Below are positions 7,284 to 16,564 of a stretch of DNA of 32,000 bases, piece by piece. The notes under the pieces are model-generated. The model saw only the letters and a list, made by a program, of their open reading frames with translations, was not told the origin of the DNA and searched no databases. A program made the translations under genes and the position numbers. The DNA comes from Geobacter metallireducens GS-15 (lineage in GTDB: Bacteria; Desulfobacterota; Desulfuromonadia; Geobacterales; Geobacteraceae), in contig NC_007517.1 in the NCBI RefSeq assembly GCF_000012925.1, positions 1,170,001 to 1,202,000 on the forward strand. Reading direction: 5' to 3'. Each line of letters begins with the position of its first letter. Positions within the stretch are counted from its first letter, which is position 1.

Positions 7284-10200
7284 ATGGGAATTTCACGCAG
7301 GCAGTTTCTGCAGCGGGGGGCACTGGCCGGCGCGGCCATCGCGCTCTCCGGCAAGCCGGGGGAGGCGAGCGTCGATGCTCCCGAGCTCCGGACCAAGGGG
7401 CTGAAGACCACGACCACCATCTGTCCGTTCTGCTCGGTTGGGTGCGGCCTGATCGTCCACACCAAGGACGGCAGGGTGGTGAACGCCGAAGGTGACCCGC
7501 AGCACCCGATCAACCAGGGGGCGCTCTGTCCCAAGGGGGGCGCGCTCTTCCAGATCGCCAACAACGAGAACCGGCTCCAGAAGGTGAAGTACCGGGCGCC
7601 CGGCTCCGACACATGGGAAGAGAAGAGCTGGGACTGGGCCCTTGACCGGATCGCCCAGCGGATGAAGGAAACCCGCGACAAGTCCTTCAAGAAGACTGAG
7701 CTCAACAAGAAGGACAACAAAGAGTACGTGGTGAACCGCACCGATGGCATGGCCTTCTTCGGCGGCGCCGGTCTTGATAACGAAGAGTGCTACCTCTGGA
7801 CCAAATTCGCCCGCGCCATGGGGGTGGGGCAGCTCGAACACCAGGCCCGACTTTGACACTCGTCAACGGTCGCCGGTCTGGCGGCTTCATTCGGTCGTGG
7901 TGCCATGACCAACCATTGGATTGACCTGAAGAACTCCGACGTAATCCTGGCCATCGGCTGCAACCCGGCCGAGAACCACCCTGTTTCGTTCAAGTGGATC
8001 GAGCAGGCGCTCGACAGCGGCGCCAAGCTCATTGCCGTCGATCCGCGCTATACACGCACGGCCTCCAAGTCGGACATCTACGCCCAGATCCGTCCGGGGA
8101 CCGACATCGCCTTCCTGGGGGGGATAATCAACTTCGCCCTCCAGAACAACATGATCCACGAGGAGTACGTCCGCGAGTACACCAACGCCACGTTCATCGT
8201 CTCGGAGCAGTTCGACTTCCAGGACGGCATGTTCTGCGCCTTCGACGATCAGGAGAAGACCTACGACCTCAAGTCCTGGGCCTACGCCACCACCGCCGAC
8301 GGCAAGCCCAAGCGGGACATGGGCATGAAGGATCCCAAGTCCGTCTACCAACTCCTGAAGAACCACTACCGGCGCTATGATGTGGACACCGTCTGCGCCA
8401 TCACCGGCACGAAAAAGGAAGACTACCTCAAGGTGGCCAAGGCGTTCTGCGGCACCGGTCGCGCCGACAAGGCGGGGACCATCCTCTACGCCATGGGGAT
8501 CACCCAGTCGACCCACGGCAGCCAGAACGTCCGGGCCGTGGCGCTCCTCCAGATGCTGCTGGGGAACATCGGCATCGCCGGCGGCGGCGTGAACGCCTTG
8601 CGGGGCGAGTCCAACGTCCAGGGCTCCACCGACTACGGGCTCCTCTTCCACATCCTCCCCGGCTACCTCAAGTCGCCGGAGTTCGACAACGTGGACCTGA
8701 AGGCCTACAACGAGAAGTGGACCCCCAAGACCAAGGACCCCAAGAGCGCCAACTGGTGGGGGAACACCCCCAAGTACATCACGAGCCTCCTCAAGGCCTG
8801 GTACGGCGAGAACGCCACGGCCGAGAACGACTTCTGCTACGACTACCTCCCCAAGCGGTCGGGGAACTACTCCTACGTGAAGATCATGGAGAAGATGGGG
8901 AAGGGAGAACTGGAAGGGCTCGTCTGCATGGGGATGAACCCGGCCGTGGGGGGCCCCGATTCCGGCAAGGCCCGGGAGGCCCTTGGCAAGCTCAAGTGGC
9001 TCGTCACCGCCGACCTCTGGGAGACCGAGAGCTCCATCTTCTGGAAGCGTCCCGGCGTCGACCCGAAGTCGATCCAGACCGAGGTCTTCATGTTGCCGGC
9101 CGCCTCCTCCATCGAGAAGGAAGGCTCCATCTCCAACTCGGGCCGCTGGGCCCAGTGGCGCTACGCCGCCGTCCACCCGCTGGGTGATTCCCGCAGCGAC
9201 CTCCACATCATCGACGAGTTCTACAAGCGGGTGAAGGCCCTCTACCTGAAGCAGGGGGGCGCGTTCCCCGAGCCGATCACCAAGCTCTCCTGGAGCTACG
9301 GCACCGGCCACGAGCCCGACGTCCATATGGTGGCCAGGGAGATCAACGGCTACTTCACCAAGGACATGACCATCGTCGACAAGGACAAGACCCTGGAGTT
9401 CAAGAAGGGGGATCAGGTCCCGATGTTCAAGTACCTCCAGGACGACGGCTCCACCGTCTCCGGCTGCTGGATCTACTGCGGCTCCTACACCAAGGACGGC
9501 AACCAGATGGCCCGCCGGGACGCCTCCGACCCCACCGGCCTCGGCCTCTTCCCCAAGTGGTCCTGGTGCTGGCCGGTGAACCGCCGGATCATCTACAACC
9601 GCGCCTCCGTCAACCCGGCCGGTGAGCCGTTTAACCCCAAGCGCCCGGTCATCGCCTGGGACGCGCTGGAGAAGAAGTGGAAGGGGGATGTCCCCGACGG
9701 TCCCTGGCCCCCCATGAAGGACGACAAGGAAGGGAAGTACCCCTTCATCATGCTCCCCGAGGGACATGGCCGCCTCTACGCCCTCGACATGAAGGACGGG
9801 CCGTTCCCCGAGCACTACGAGCCAGTGGAGAGTCCGGCCAGGAACCTCCTCTCCAAGGTGCAGAGCAACCCGGTCGTCAAGGTGCCGAAGAACGTGTCGA
9901 GCGATACCGCCAAGTTCCCCTACGTCGGCACCACCTACCGGGTGACCGAGCACTGGCAGGCCGGTGCCATGACCAGGAGCCTCCCGTGGCTCGTGGAACT
10001 GGTTCCCGACATGTTCGTGGAACTCTCCGAGACCCTGGCCCAGCGGAAGGGGATCAAGCAGGGGGACACGGTGAAGGTCACCACCGAGCGGGGCTCCATC
10101 GAAGCGGTGGCCCTTGTCACCAGCCGCCTCAAGCCCTTCAACGTCCAGGGGCGGATGATCGAGCAGGTGGGGATGCCGTGGCACTTCGGCTACGCGGGAC

Positions 10201-10316
10201 TCGCCAAGGGGGACAGCGGTAACGTCCTCACCCCCACCGTTGGGTGCGCCAACACCGGCATTCCGGAGTTCAAGGCGTTCCTCTGCAACATCGAGAAAGG
10301 GGGTAAGCGGGCATGA
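7284..10316 (+). CDS. fdnG: Formate dehydrogenase catalytic (alpha) subunit, molybdopterin, Tat-exported, selenocysteine at TGA 7854..7856
   Basis: ORFs 7284..7856 and 7905..10316 share a frame. Reading through the TGA gives EHQARL-U-HSSTVAGLAASFGRGAMTNHW, the conserved Sec active-site context. Twin-arginine signal MGISRRQFLQRGALAGAAIA. N-terminal Cys cluster TTTICPFCSVGCG. Confidence 0.93.
7857..7895 (+). promoter_or_regulatory. Bacterial SECIS element directing Sec insertion at the fdnG UGA
   Basis: Hairpin GUCGCC-GGUCU-GGCGGC (7869..7885). The GGUCU apical loop begins 21 nt after the U of UGA, the same loop sequence and spacing as the E. coli fdhF SECIS (GGUUGCAGGUCUGCACC). Confidence 0.7.
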
Positions 10317-11146
10317 GCTCCTCGACCATCGACTACGGCAAGACCAAGACGTTCCTCATCGACACCACCAAGTGCACCGGCTGCCGCGGCTGCCAGGTTG
10401 CCTGCAAGCAGTGGAACCAGCTGAAGGGTGAGAAGACCACGTTCTTCACCGGCGAAGGGTACCAGAACCCGCCCCAGATGTCCGAATTCACCTTCACCCG
10501 GGTGAAGTTCAAGGACTACGAGAAGCACGGGCAGAACGAGTTCGCCTTCTACAAGGAGATGTGCATGCACTGCAACGACCCCGCATGCGCCTCCGTCTGT
10601 CCCGTCGGCGCCTTCCACAAAACGCCGGAAGGGCCTGTCATCTACAACGCCAAGAAGTGCATCGGCTGCCGCTTTTGCATGGTGGCCTGCCCCTTCGGCG
10701 TTCCCAAGTACGAGTGGAGCAAGGCGTTTCCCTTGGTGAAGAAGTGCACCGGCTGCTACAGCCGGGTTAAGAACGGCCTTCACCCCGCCTGCGCCACCGC
10801 CTGCCCCACCGCCATCACCTACGGCAGCCGGGACGAGATGCTGAAAGAGGCGGAGAAGCGGATGGCCGCCAAGCCCGACCGCTACTTCAAGGTGGTCTAC
10901 GGCAAGGAGGAGGCCGGCGGCACCAGCGTCCTCTATCTGACCCAGCAGCCCCTGGACGAACTGGGCTTCCGGCCGGTCACCAAGCGGCCGCTCCCTTCCT
11001 ACACCTGGCAGGCCCTGCGGTTCGTGCCGGGGATCTTCCTCACCGTTGGCGGCACCCTGTCGCTGGTCACCTGGTTCCAGCACCGCAAGGACCGGGTGAG
11101 GCGCGAGGAAGAGGAACGGAACAGCCGGAAGGAGGGGAACCAATGA
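10313..11146 (+). CDS. fdnH: Formate dehydrogenase iron-sulfur (beta) subunit, 4x[4Fe-4S], C-terminal TM anchor
   Basis: Four Cys clusters (CTGCRGCQVAC, CMHCNDPACASVCP, CIGCRFCMVACP, CTGC...CATACP). ATGA overlap with fdnG. Hydrophobic C-terminal helix FVPGIFLTVGGTLSLVTWF. Confidence 0.9.
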   Translation: MSSSTIDYGKTKTFLIDTTKCTGCRGCQVACKQWNQLKGEKTTFFTGEGYQNPPQMSEFTFTRVKFKDYEKHGQNEFAFYKEMCMHCNDPACASVCPVGAFHKTPEGPVIYNAKKCIGCRFCMVACPFGVPKYEWSKAFPLVKKCTGCYSRVKNGLHPACATACPTAITYGSRDEMLKEAEKRMAAKPDRYFKVVYGKEEAGGTSVLYLTQQPLDELGFRPVTKRPLPSYTWQALRFVPGIFLTVGGTLSLVTWFQHRKDRVRREEEERNSRKEGNQ

Positions 11147-12348
11147 CCGCGGCACGCATTGTCATGAATGAAATCAAAGGGTACCATCGCTTCATCAAGT
11201 TTCTGATGGTCCTCGTGGGGGGGGCGGCTTTGGCCTCCGCTGTCCGCTTCATCTTCGGCCTCGGGGCCACCACCAACCTGAATGACCTCTACCCGTGGGG
11301 ACTCTGGATCTCCTTCGACGTGGTCACCGCCGTCCCCCTGGCGGCCGGCGCCTTCACTATCGGCATCGTGGCCCACGTCTTCCACATCAAGAAGCTGGAG
11401 CCCCTGGTCCGGCCGGCCATCGTCACCGGCTTCCTGGGCTACTCCCTGGTCTGCGTGGGCCTGCTCCTCGACCTGGGGCAGCCCCAGCGGGGCCCCTACG
11501 TCCTCTTCAACTGGAACGTCCACTCCCCCATGTTCGAGGTCTCCATGTGTGTCATGGCGTACACCACGGTCCTCTTCCTGGAGTTCCTCCACCCGGTGAG
11601 CGAGCGGTTTGGCTGGCACATCCCGCTGCGGCTCCTCCGGACCCTGGAGCTGCCGTTCGCCATCCTGGCGGCCATGATCTCCACGCTCCACCAGTCGACC
11701 CTGGGGACCTTCTTCCTCATCGCCGTCGACAAGCTCCACAACCTCTGGTACAATCCGCTCCTGCCGCTTCAGTTCTGGCTTTCCGCCATCTTCACCGGCC
11801 TCTCCATCGTTATCTTCGAGGCGAGCCTCGTGCACAAGTACATGGGGCAGCCCGACGAGTCCGACCTGCTGGCCACGCTGACGAAGATCATCCCCTGGAT
11901 CATGGGGGTCTACATGCTGGTGAAGGTCTATGCCCTGGCGTCCCTCTCCCACGGACCCCTCTTCGACCGACCGGTCCTGACGGCCCTCTTTGCGGTTGAG
12001 GTGATCGTGGGGCTCCTGATTCCGTTCGGCATGTTCCTCACGAAACGGATCAGGACCGACAAGCAGATGCAGCTTCGGGCCGCTTCCTTTGTCATCGCCG
12101 GCCTCGTGCTGAACCGCTTCAACGTCTCCATGTTCGCCATGCACCAGCCCGGCCAGCCGGCATATTTCCCGAATTTCATCGAATCGGTGGTAACCATCGG
12201 CATCATCGCGGCCCACATCCTCTTCTTCGTGCTCGTGGCCAAGTACTTCCCCATCTTCGAGCACCACCCCGAGGCCACCGACTACACCATCCCCGACCGC
12301 TTCCGCAAGATCGAGAAGCATGGGCATGGGGTGGCGAGCGAGGCGTAG
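11143..12348 (+). CDS. NrfD/PsrC-type polytopic membrane subunit of the formate dehydrogenase complex
   Basis: 401 aa with about 10 hydrophobic segments and no obvious heme-ligand pairs. ATGA overlap with fdnH. The position is that of the quinone-interacting subunit of CISM enzymes. Confidence 0.8.
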   Translation: MTAARIVMNEIKGYHRFIKFLMVLVGGAALASAVRFIFGLGATTNLNDLYPWGLWISFDVVTAVPLAAGAFTIGIVAHVFHIKKLEPLVRPAIVTGFLGYSLVCVGLLLDLGQPQRGPYVLFNWNVHSPMFEVSMCVMAYTTVLFLEFLHPVSERFGWHIPLRLLRTLELPFAILAAMISTLHQSTLGTFFLIAVDKLHNLWYNPLLPLQFWLSAIFTGLSIVIFEASLVHKYMGQPDESDLLATLTKIIPWIMGVYMLVKVYALASLSHGPLFDRPVLTALFAVEVIVGLLIPFGMFLTKRIRTDKQMQLRAASFVIAGLVLNRFNVSMFAMHQPGQPAYFPNFIESVVTIGIIAAHILFFVLVAKYFPIFEHHPEATDYTIPDRFRKIEKHGHGVASEA

Positions 12349-12354
12349 GTTTCC

Positions 12355-13794
12355 ATGAAAACCATCCACATCTACACCAACGGCCGTTTCGAAGAAAAAC
12401 AGTCGGGCATCGTCCGGGAATTCCCCCTGGTGCTCCACGTGAACGGCCGGGAGATCGCGACGCTGATCTCTTCTCCCCACGATCTCCGGTTTCTCGTTGC
12501 AGGGTTCCTTCGCAACCAGGGGTTCGTGGAGCGGGCCGAGGATTTCCACATGCTGGCCGTCTGCGACGACTTCGGCATCGCCAACGCGCGGATCAGGGGC
12601 GAGCTGCCGGAGCGGCTGAAGCCGGTCCTCACCAGCGGCTGCGGCACGGGGGTCACCTTTACCCTGGAGACCCCGAAAATCCCTCCTCCCCTGGCCCTGC
12701 CTGCTATCACCACCGACGCCGTGTTTCGCCTCATGGAGGAGCTGGCGCGGCGGGCCGACAACTACCGGAGCCACGGCGGCATCCACTCCGCGGCCGTGGG
12801 GGACGGGGAGGGGAACCTCCTCCTCTTCGCCGAGGACATCGGCCGCCACAACACCCTTGACCGGATCGCCGGCGAGGCCCTCTTCAAGGGGATCGACCTG
12901 GCCGGGACAATCCTTGTCACCTCGGGGCGGGTCTCCACCGAAATGGCTGCCAAGTGCGCCAGGCTCGGAATAGCGCTCATCGCCTCCCGCACCTCCGCCA
13001 CCGACATGGCGGTGAAGATGTGCGACGAGGCGGGGATTCCCCTCATCGGTTATGTCCGGGGAGGGAAGTTCACGGTGTATGCCCACCACGAGCGGCTGGC
13101 GATGGCGCCACCCGTGGGGGCGATTCATGAACTGCCCCTACCTGCGTCCGCACAGGGGAGGCGCATTCCCGGCATCACCGGCGTCATCCTCGCCGGCGGG
13201 CAGTCGCGCCGCATGGGGAGCAACAAGGCGCTCCTTCCCTACAAGGGGGGGCGCTTCATCGAGGCCATCCATCGGCAGCTGGCCGAGATCTTCGACGAGG
13301 TGCTCCTCGTCACCAACAACCCGGAGCAGTATGATTTTCTCCCCTGCCGGAAAGTGGCCGACATCCACCCGGGGATGGGGGCACTGGCCGGCATCCATGC
13401 GGGGCTGCACCACGCCGCCAACCCTGCCGCCTTCATGGTCGCCTGCGACATGCCGTACCTGAACAGCGACCTGATCCGGCATCTGGCCACCCTGGCCGAC
13501 CCGGGCGGGGTCCTCATTCCCGAAAGCCCGGCGGGGCTGGAACCGCTCCATGCGGTCTACGGCAAAGGGTGCCTTGCCGCCATCGAGACAACGCTCCTGT
13601 CGGGCGAACGGCGGATTGTTTCGTTCTTCGGCCGGACCAACGTCAACCGGGTCAACGCCGAGCAGGTGGCCCTCTTCGATCCGGACTACGCCACCTTCAG
13701 CAACATCAATACCCCCGTGGACTATTACCGGCTTCGGGATGGCGAGCGGGACGAACTCGACGCCGCTCTCGGCGCCGACCGCATCGCGGGGTGA
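12355..13794 (+). CDS. fdhD: Fusion protein: FdhD-like sulfurtransferase (N) + MobA molybdenum cofactor guanylyltransferase (C)
   Basis: N-terminal ~245 aa has FdhD features (LTSGCGTG, SHGGIHSAA, RHNTLDR, TSGRVSTEM). The C-terminal part starts GVILAGGQSRRMGSNKALLPYKG (MobA P-loop-like motif). The linker is encoded by a REP palindrome (see repeat 13117..13138). Confidence 0.85.
   Translation: MKTIHIYTNGRFEEKQSGIVREFPLVLHVNGREIATLISSPHDLRFLVAGFLRNQGFVERAEDFHMLAVCDDFGIANARIRGELPERLKPVLTSGCGTGVTFTLETPKIPPPLALPAITTDAVFRLMEELARRADNYRSHGGIHSAAVGDGEGNLLLFAEDIGRHNTLDRIAGEALFKGIDLAGTILVTSGRVSTEMAAKCARLGIALIASRTSATDMAVKMCDEAGIPLIGYVRGGKFTVYAHHERLAMAPPVGAIHELPLPASAQGRRIPGITGVILAGGQSRRMGSNKALLPYKGGRFIEAIHRQLAEIFDEVLLVTNNPEQYDFLPCRKVADIHPGMGALAGIHAGLHHAANPAAFMVACDMPYLNSDLIRHLATLADPGGVLIPESPAGLEPLHAVYGKGCLAAIETTLLSGERRIVSFFGRTNVNRVNAEQVALFDPDYATFSNINTPVDYYRLRDGERDELDAALGADRIAG
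13117..13138. repeat. REP-like palindrome inside the fdhD-mobA linker
   Basis: GGGGCGATTCATGAACTGCCCC is 20/22 identical to the core of the 28-nt palindrome found at 19900 and 20314. In frame it encodes GAIHELPL. Confidence 0.6.
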
Positions 13795-13844
13795 TACAAT
13801 ACTCTGCGTCGATACTCTAATTTGCCACTAAAGGAGATTCACCC

Positions 13845-14027
13845 ATGTTCGGATTCGGAATGCCAGAAATGATAATCGTCCTCGTCATTGCCCTTGTTGT
13901 CTTTGGCCCTGCCAAGCTCCCCCAGTTGGGACAGTCCCTGGGAGCCGGCATCAGGAACTTCAAAAAGGCAACGCTGGAAGAGCCGGAGCAGATCGCGACC
14001 AAGGATAAGGAGGAGGGTGCCGCCTGA
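13845..14027 (+). CDS. tatA: Twin-arginine translocase subunit TatA/E
   Basis: MFGFGMPEMIIVLVIALVVFGPAKLPQLGQSLGAGIRNFKKA is the canonical TatA TM helix plus amphipathic helix. AAGGAG RBS 8 nt upstream. Confidence 0.88.
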   Translation: MFGFGMPEMIIVLVIALVVFGPAKLPQLGQSLGAGIRNFKKATLEEPEQIATKDKEEGAA

Positions 14028-14053
14028 CCCGCACTCGATACCCCAGACGAGCG

Positions 14054-14088
14054 AAAACCCGCCCCCGATAGAGGAGTCGGGTTTTTTT
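14054..14088 (+). terminator. Rho-independent terminator after tatA
   Basis: AAAACCCG...CGGGTTTTTTT: a GC stem (14058-14061 / 14078-14081 plus flanking pairs) followed by a T7 run. Confidence 0.6.
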
Positions 14089-14265
14089 ATGTGTATTGCT
14101 GATTAGCGTCAGTCTTCCCCTTGGCGGTTACATAGTCCCCTTTCCCCGTCCAAACCATCACTTATCAGCAGGAGAACATATTGTGACTTGTTTTGTCGCA
14201 ATTGTAGGTTAGGATGGGTTCACTGTTTTTGATTTGAGTGTCCGGCGGTGTTCCTGGAGGGGAAG

Positions 14266-16434
14266 ATGAGAGAACGACCGGTGGCCCATCTGGCGGAAGA
14301 TGGGCGGGTTCATGGGCTTGAGGAGCATCTGTGCGGGACGGCGTATTTTGCCGCAGCTTTTGCCGGAGAGTTTGGGTGTGCAGGGTGGGGGAGGCTTGCC
14401 GGAATCTGGCATGACCTCGGGAAATATTCTCATGAATTCCAACGCTACATACTGGACGATGGGCCACGAACCGATCATTCATCTGCCGGGGCGTTGTATG
14501 CCGTCCAACGGCTTGGGAAACTCGGGAGAGTCATAGCCTACCTTGTGGCCGGTCATCATGCCGGTCTCCTTGACTGGGCTGACAATACTGGCTCTAATCT
14601 GGAACGACGTCTTACCTCAACCGATTTGTTAGCCCGCGTGGTCCTCTCGGAACTCCCTCCCAATCTGCTTGAACAGCAAATTCCAGCCGAACGCCCGAAA
14701 CCGCCAGCCACCGACCTGACAGCTTCACTCTGGCTGCGAATGCTGTTTTCCTGCCTCGTGGATGCCGATTTTCTCGATACCGAAGCGTTTTTCAATCCTG
14801 CACCGGTCGGCCAACGTAGCCGTTTCCCGACAATCGAAGAACTACTTCCCCTGTTCGATGCCTATATGGCCGACAAACAGGCCACCGCCTTTGATACTCC
14901 CGTCAACAGGCTGCGCGCTGAAATCCTTCGCCAATCCGTTGGTAAGGCTTTTCACTCACCGGGGTTTTTCTCCCTCACCGTTCCAACCGGCGGCGGCAAG
15001 ACCCTCTCGTCAATGGCTTTCGCCCTCAACCATGCCCGCGCCCACGGCAAGCGCCGCATCATTTACGTCATCCCCTATACCAGCATTATCGAACAGACCG
15101 CCGATCAGTTCCGGGAGGTATTCGGTGATTCGGTCGTGGAACACCACAGCAACGTGGCCCGTCAGGACAGTGACGAGGAAGGACAGCGCCTGCGCCTGGC
15201 GTCTGAAAACTGGGATGCACCGGTCATCGTCACCACCTCGGTTCAGTTCTTCGAATCGCTCTTTGCCAGCCGCACCAGCCGGTGCCGCAAGCTGCACAAC
15301 ATCGTCAACAGTGTGGTGGTCCTCGACGAGGCCCAACTACTCCCTCCGGATTTCCTTAATCCGATTCTCGAAGCCCTCAAGGAGTTGCAGAAGAACTACG
15401 GGACCACGGTAGTCATTTGTACGGCTACCCAGCCGGCCCTTGGTCCGCATCAATCGGCGAACTTCGACTTCAAGGGGATTCCCGAGATAACGGAAATTAT
15501 GGACGATCCGGCGAAGCTCCATGTGAAGCTCAAGAGGACTCGTATCCATAAACTGCGTGACCTTGCCCCGGTTTCATGGGATGAGCTTGCCGAGGAGCTT
15601 GAGTGGCAGGATTCAGCTCTCTGCATCGTCAACCGCCGCGACGATGCCCGCACGCTGTGGGAAAAGATGCCGAAGGGGACGATTCATCTCTCCGCGCTCA
15701 TGTGCGGAGCCCATCGGGCACGGAAGATCGCCGAGATCAAGGAGCGGCTCAGGAACAGGGAACCGACCCGTGTCATCAGCACCCAGCTGGTGGAAGCGGG
15801 GGTGGACGTGGATTTCCCTATTGTTTATCGGGCTGCGGCCGGCCTCGACTCAATTGCCCAGGCAGCCGGGCGGTGCAATAGGGAGGGGCTGCTGGAATGG
15901 GGGGAAGTATTCGTCTTTACCCCACCGTCAAAAATCCCGGCGGGGCACCTTCAGCAGGCGGCGGGGATCGGCATGCGGCTTCTGGCCGAAGCAGAAAGTG
16001 ACCCGTTGTCCATGGAGCGATTTGAGGCCTTTTTCAGGGAGTTCTACTGGATGCGCGGCGACCGCCTTGACCGTGAAAATATCATCGGCCTGTTGCGGAA
16101 CGATGTGGGGTTGCGATTCAGCTTCCGCACCGCGGCCAGAAAGTTTCAGCTTATTGACGAGAGTGCCCAGGCGCCGGTGATCGTCCAATTCGAGAATGAC
16201 GAACTGCTGTCTCTGCTGGAACGCCAGGGACCGGAGCGCTGGCTGCTGCGAAAACTTCAACGTTCGGTGGTCAACCTGCCGCGCTACCTGCACAATCGTT
16301 TGTTGTCTGAAGGGGCAATCCGGGAAAGGTGTCCCGGTATCTTCGTGCAGGCACATGGCGCCCTGTATCACCCTGATCTCGGTTTCTGTCCGGATAAGTC
16401 GATCGTGTACGAGCCTGACGAATTAATCGGATGA
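14266..16434 (+). CDS. cas3: Cas3 HD nuclease / SF2 helicase (type I)
   Basis: HD domain (HLCGTA..., GIWHDLGKYSHEFQ, VAGHHAGL). Helicase motifs (TVPTGGGKT, VVLDEAQ, CTATQP, STQLVEAGVDVDF, AGRCNREG). ATG 14266 is preferred over GTG 14248 because GGAGGGG lies 3-9 nt upstream. Confidence 0.9.
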   Translation: MRERPVAHLAEDGRVHGLEEHLCGTAYFAAAFAGEFGCAGWGRLAGIWHDLGKYSHEFQRYILDDGPRTDHSSAGALYAVQRLGKLGRVIAYLVAGHHAGLLDWADNTGSNLERRLTSTDLLARVVLSELPPNLLEQQIPAERPKPPATDLTASLWLRMLFSCLVDADFLDTEAFFNPAPVGQRSRFPTIEELLPLFDAYMADKQATAFDTPVNRLRAEILRQSVGKAFHSPGFFSLTVPTGGGKTLSSMAFALNHARAHGKRRIIYVIPYTSIIEQTADQFREVFGDSVVEHHSNVARQDSDEEGQRLRLASENWDAPVIVTTSVQFFESLFASRTSRCRKLHNIVNSVVVLDEAQLLPPDFLNPILEALKELQKNYGTTVVICTATQPALGPHQSANFDFKGIPEITEIMDDPAKLHVKLKRTRIHKLRDLAPVSWDELAEELEWQDSALCIVNRRDDARTLWEKMPKGTIHLSALMCGAHRARKIAEIKERLRNREPTRVISTQLVEAGVDVDFPIVYRAAAGLDSIAQAAGRCNREGLLEWGEVFVFTPPSKIPAGHLQQAAGIGMRLLAEAESDPLSMERFEAFFREFYWMRGDRLDRENIIGLLRNDVGLRFSFRTAARKFQLIDESAQAPVIVQFENDELLSLLERQGPERWLLRKLQRSVVNLPRYLHNRLLSEGAIRERCPGIFVQAHGALYHPDLGFCPDKSIVYEPDELIG

Positions 16435-16437
16435 GAC

Positions 16438-16465
16438 TTGACAATTATTTCAGTTTAGATAAAAG
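16438..16465 (+). promoter_or_regulatory. Sigma-70-type promoter candidate for the psi-array and cas5-cas8c-cas7
   Basis: TTGACA (16438-16443), 16 nt, TAAAAG (16460-16465). It begins 4 nt after the cas3 stop. Confidence 0.5.
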
Positions 16466-16564
16466 GTAAAACAGATTCCAGTAAATGGAAAAGGATTGAA
16501 ACAGTTTCGAAAACAGGTGGCAAAGTGAAAGCGCCCGCCTCAGTGGGCGGGCGCAGTAGTCTCC
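16466..16564 (+). ncRNA. crRNA-like mini-array (psiR1 - 25-nt psiS - psiR2), candidate cas-regulating RNA
   Basis: psiR1 16466-16502 keeps GTA and the terminal 11 nt AGGATTGAAAC of the array repeat. psiS 16503-16527 is AGTTTCGAAAACAGGTGGCAAAGTG. psiR2 16528-16564 keeps AGCGCCCGCCT/GGCGGGCG (stem intact, loop changed) and loses the 3' 11 nt. Confidence 0.6.

Noticed and set aside
7284-7856. A stand-alone 190-aa protein followed by a separate 803-aa protein (7905..10316).
   Set aside because: Both are in the same frame, the only interruption is one TGA in the conserved Sec active-site context, and a SECIS hairpin follows. They are called as one selenoprotein gene.
7887-10184. 765-aa ORF on the minus strand opposite fdnG. 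Similar long antisense ORFs are 10999..13128 (-), 28390..30999 (+), 5426..7075 (+), 3605..5335 (+) and 1309..2199 (-).
   Set aside because: They lie opposite genes with strong family motifs. Their translations are low-complexity G/R/P/D/H/L-rich strings with no recognisable motifs, which is typical of stop-poor shadow frames in high-GC DNA.
14221-14240. CACTGTTTTTGATTTGAG upstream of cas3 partially matches the reverse complement of psiS (CTGTTTT.GA), raising the idea of a second Cascade target in the cas3 promoter.
   Set aside because: The match covers only guide positions about 7-15. The seed (positions 1-5) and the PAM position do not match, so it is not a credible binding site.
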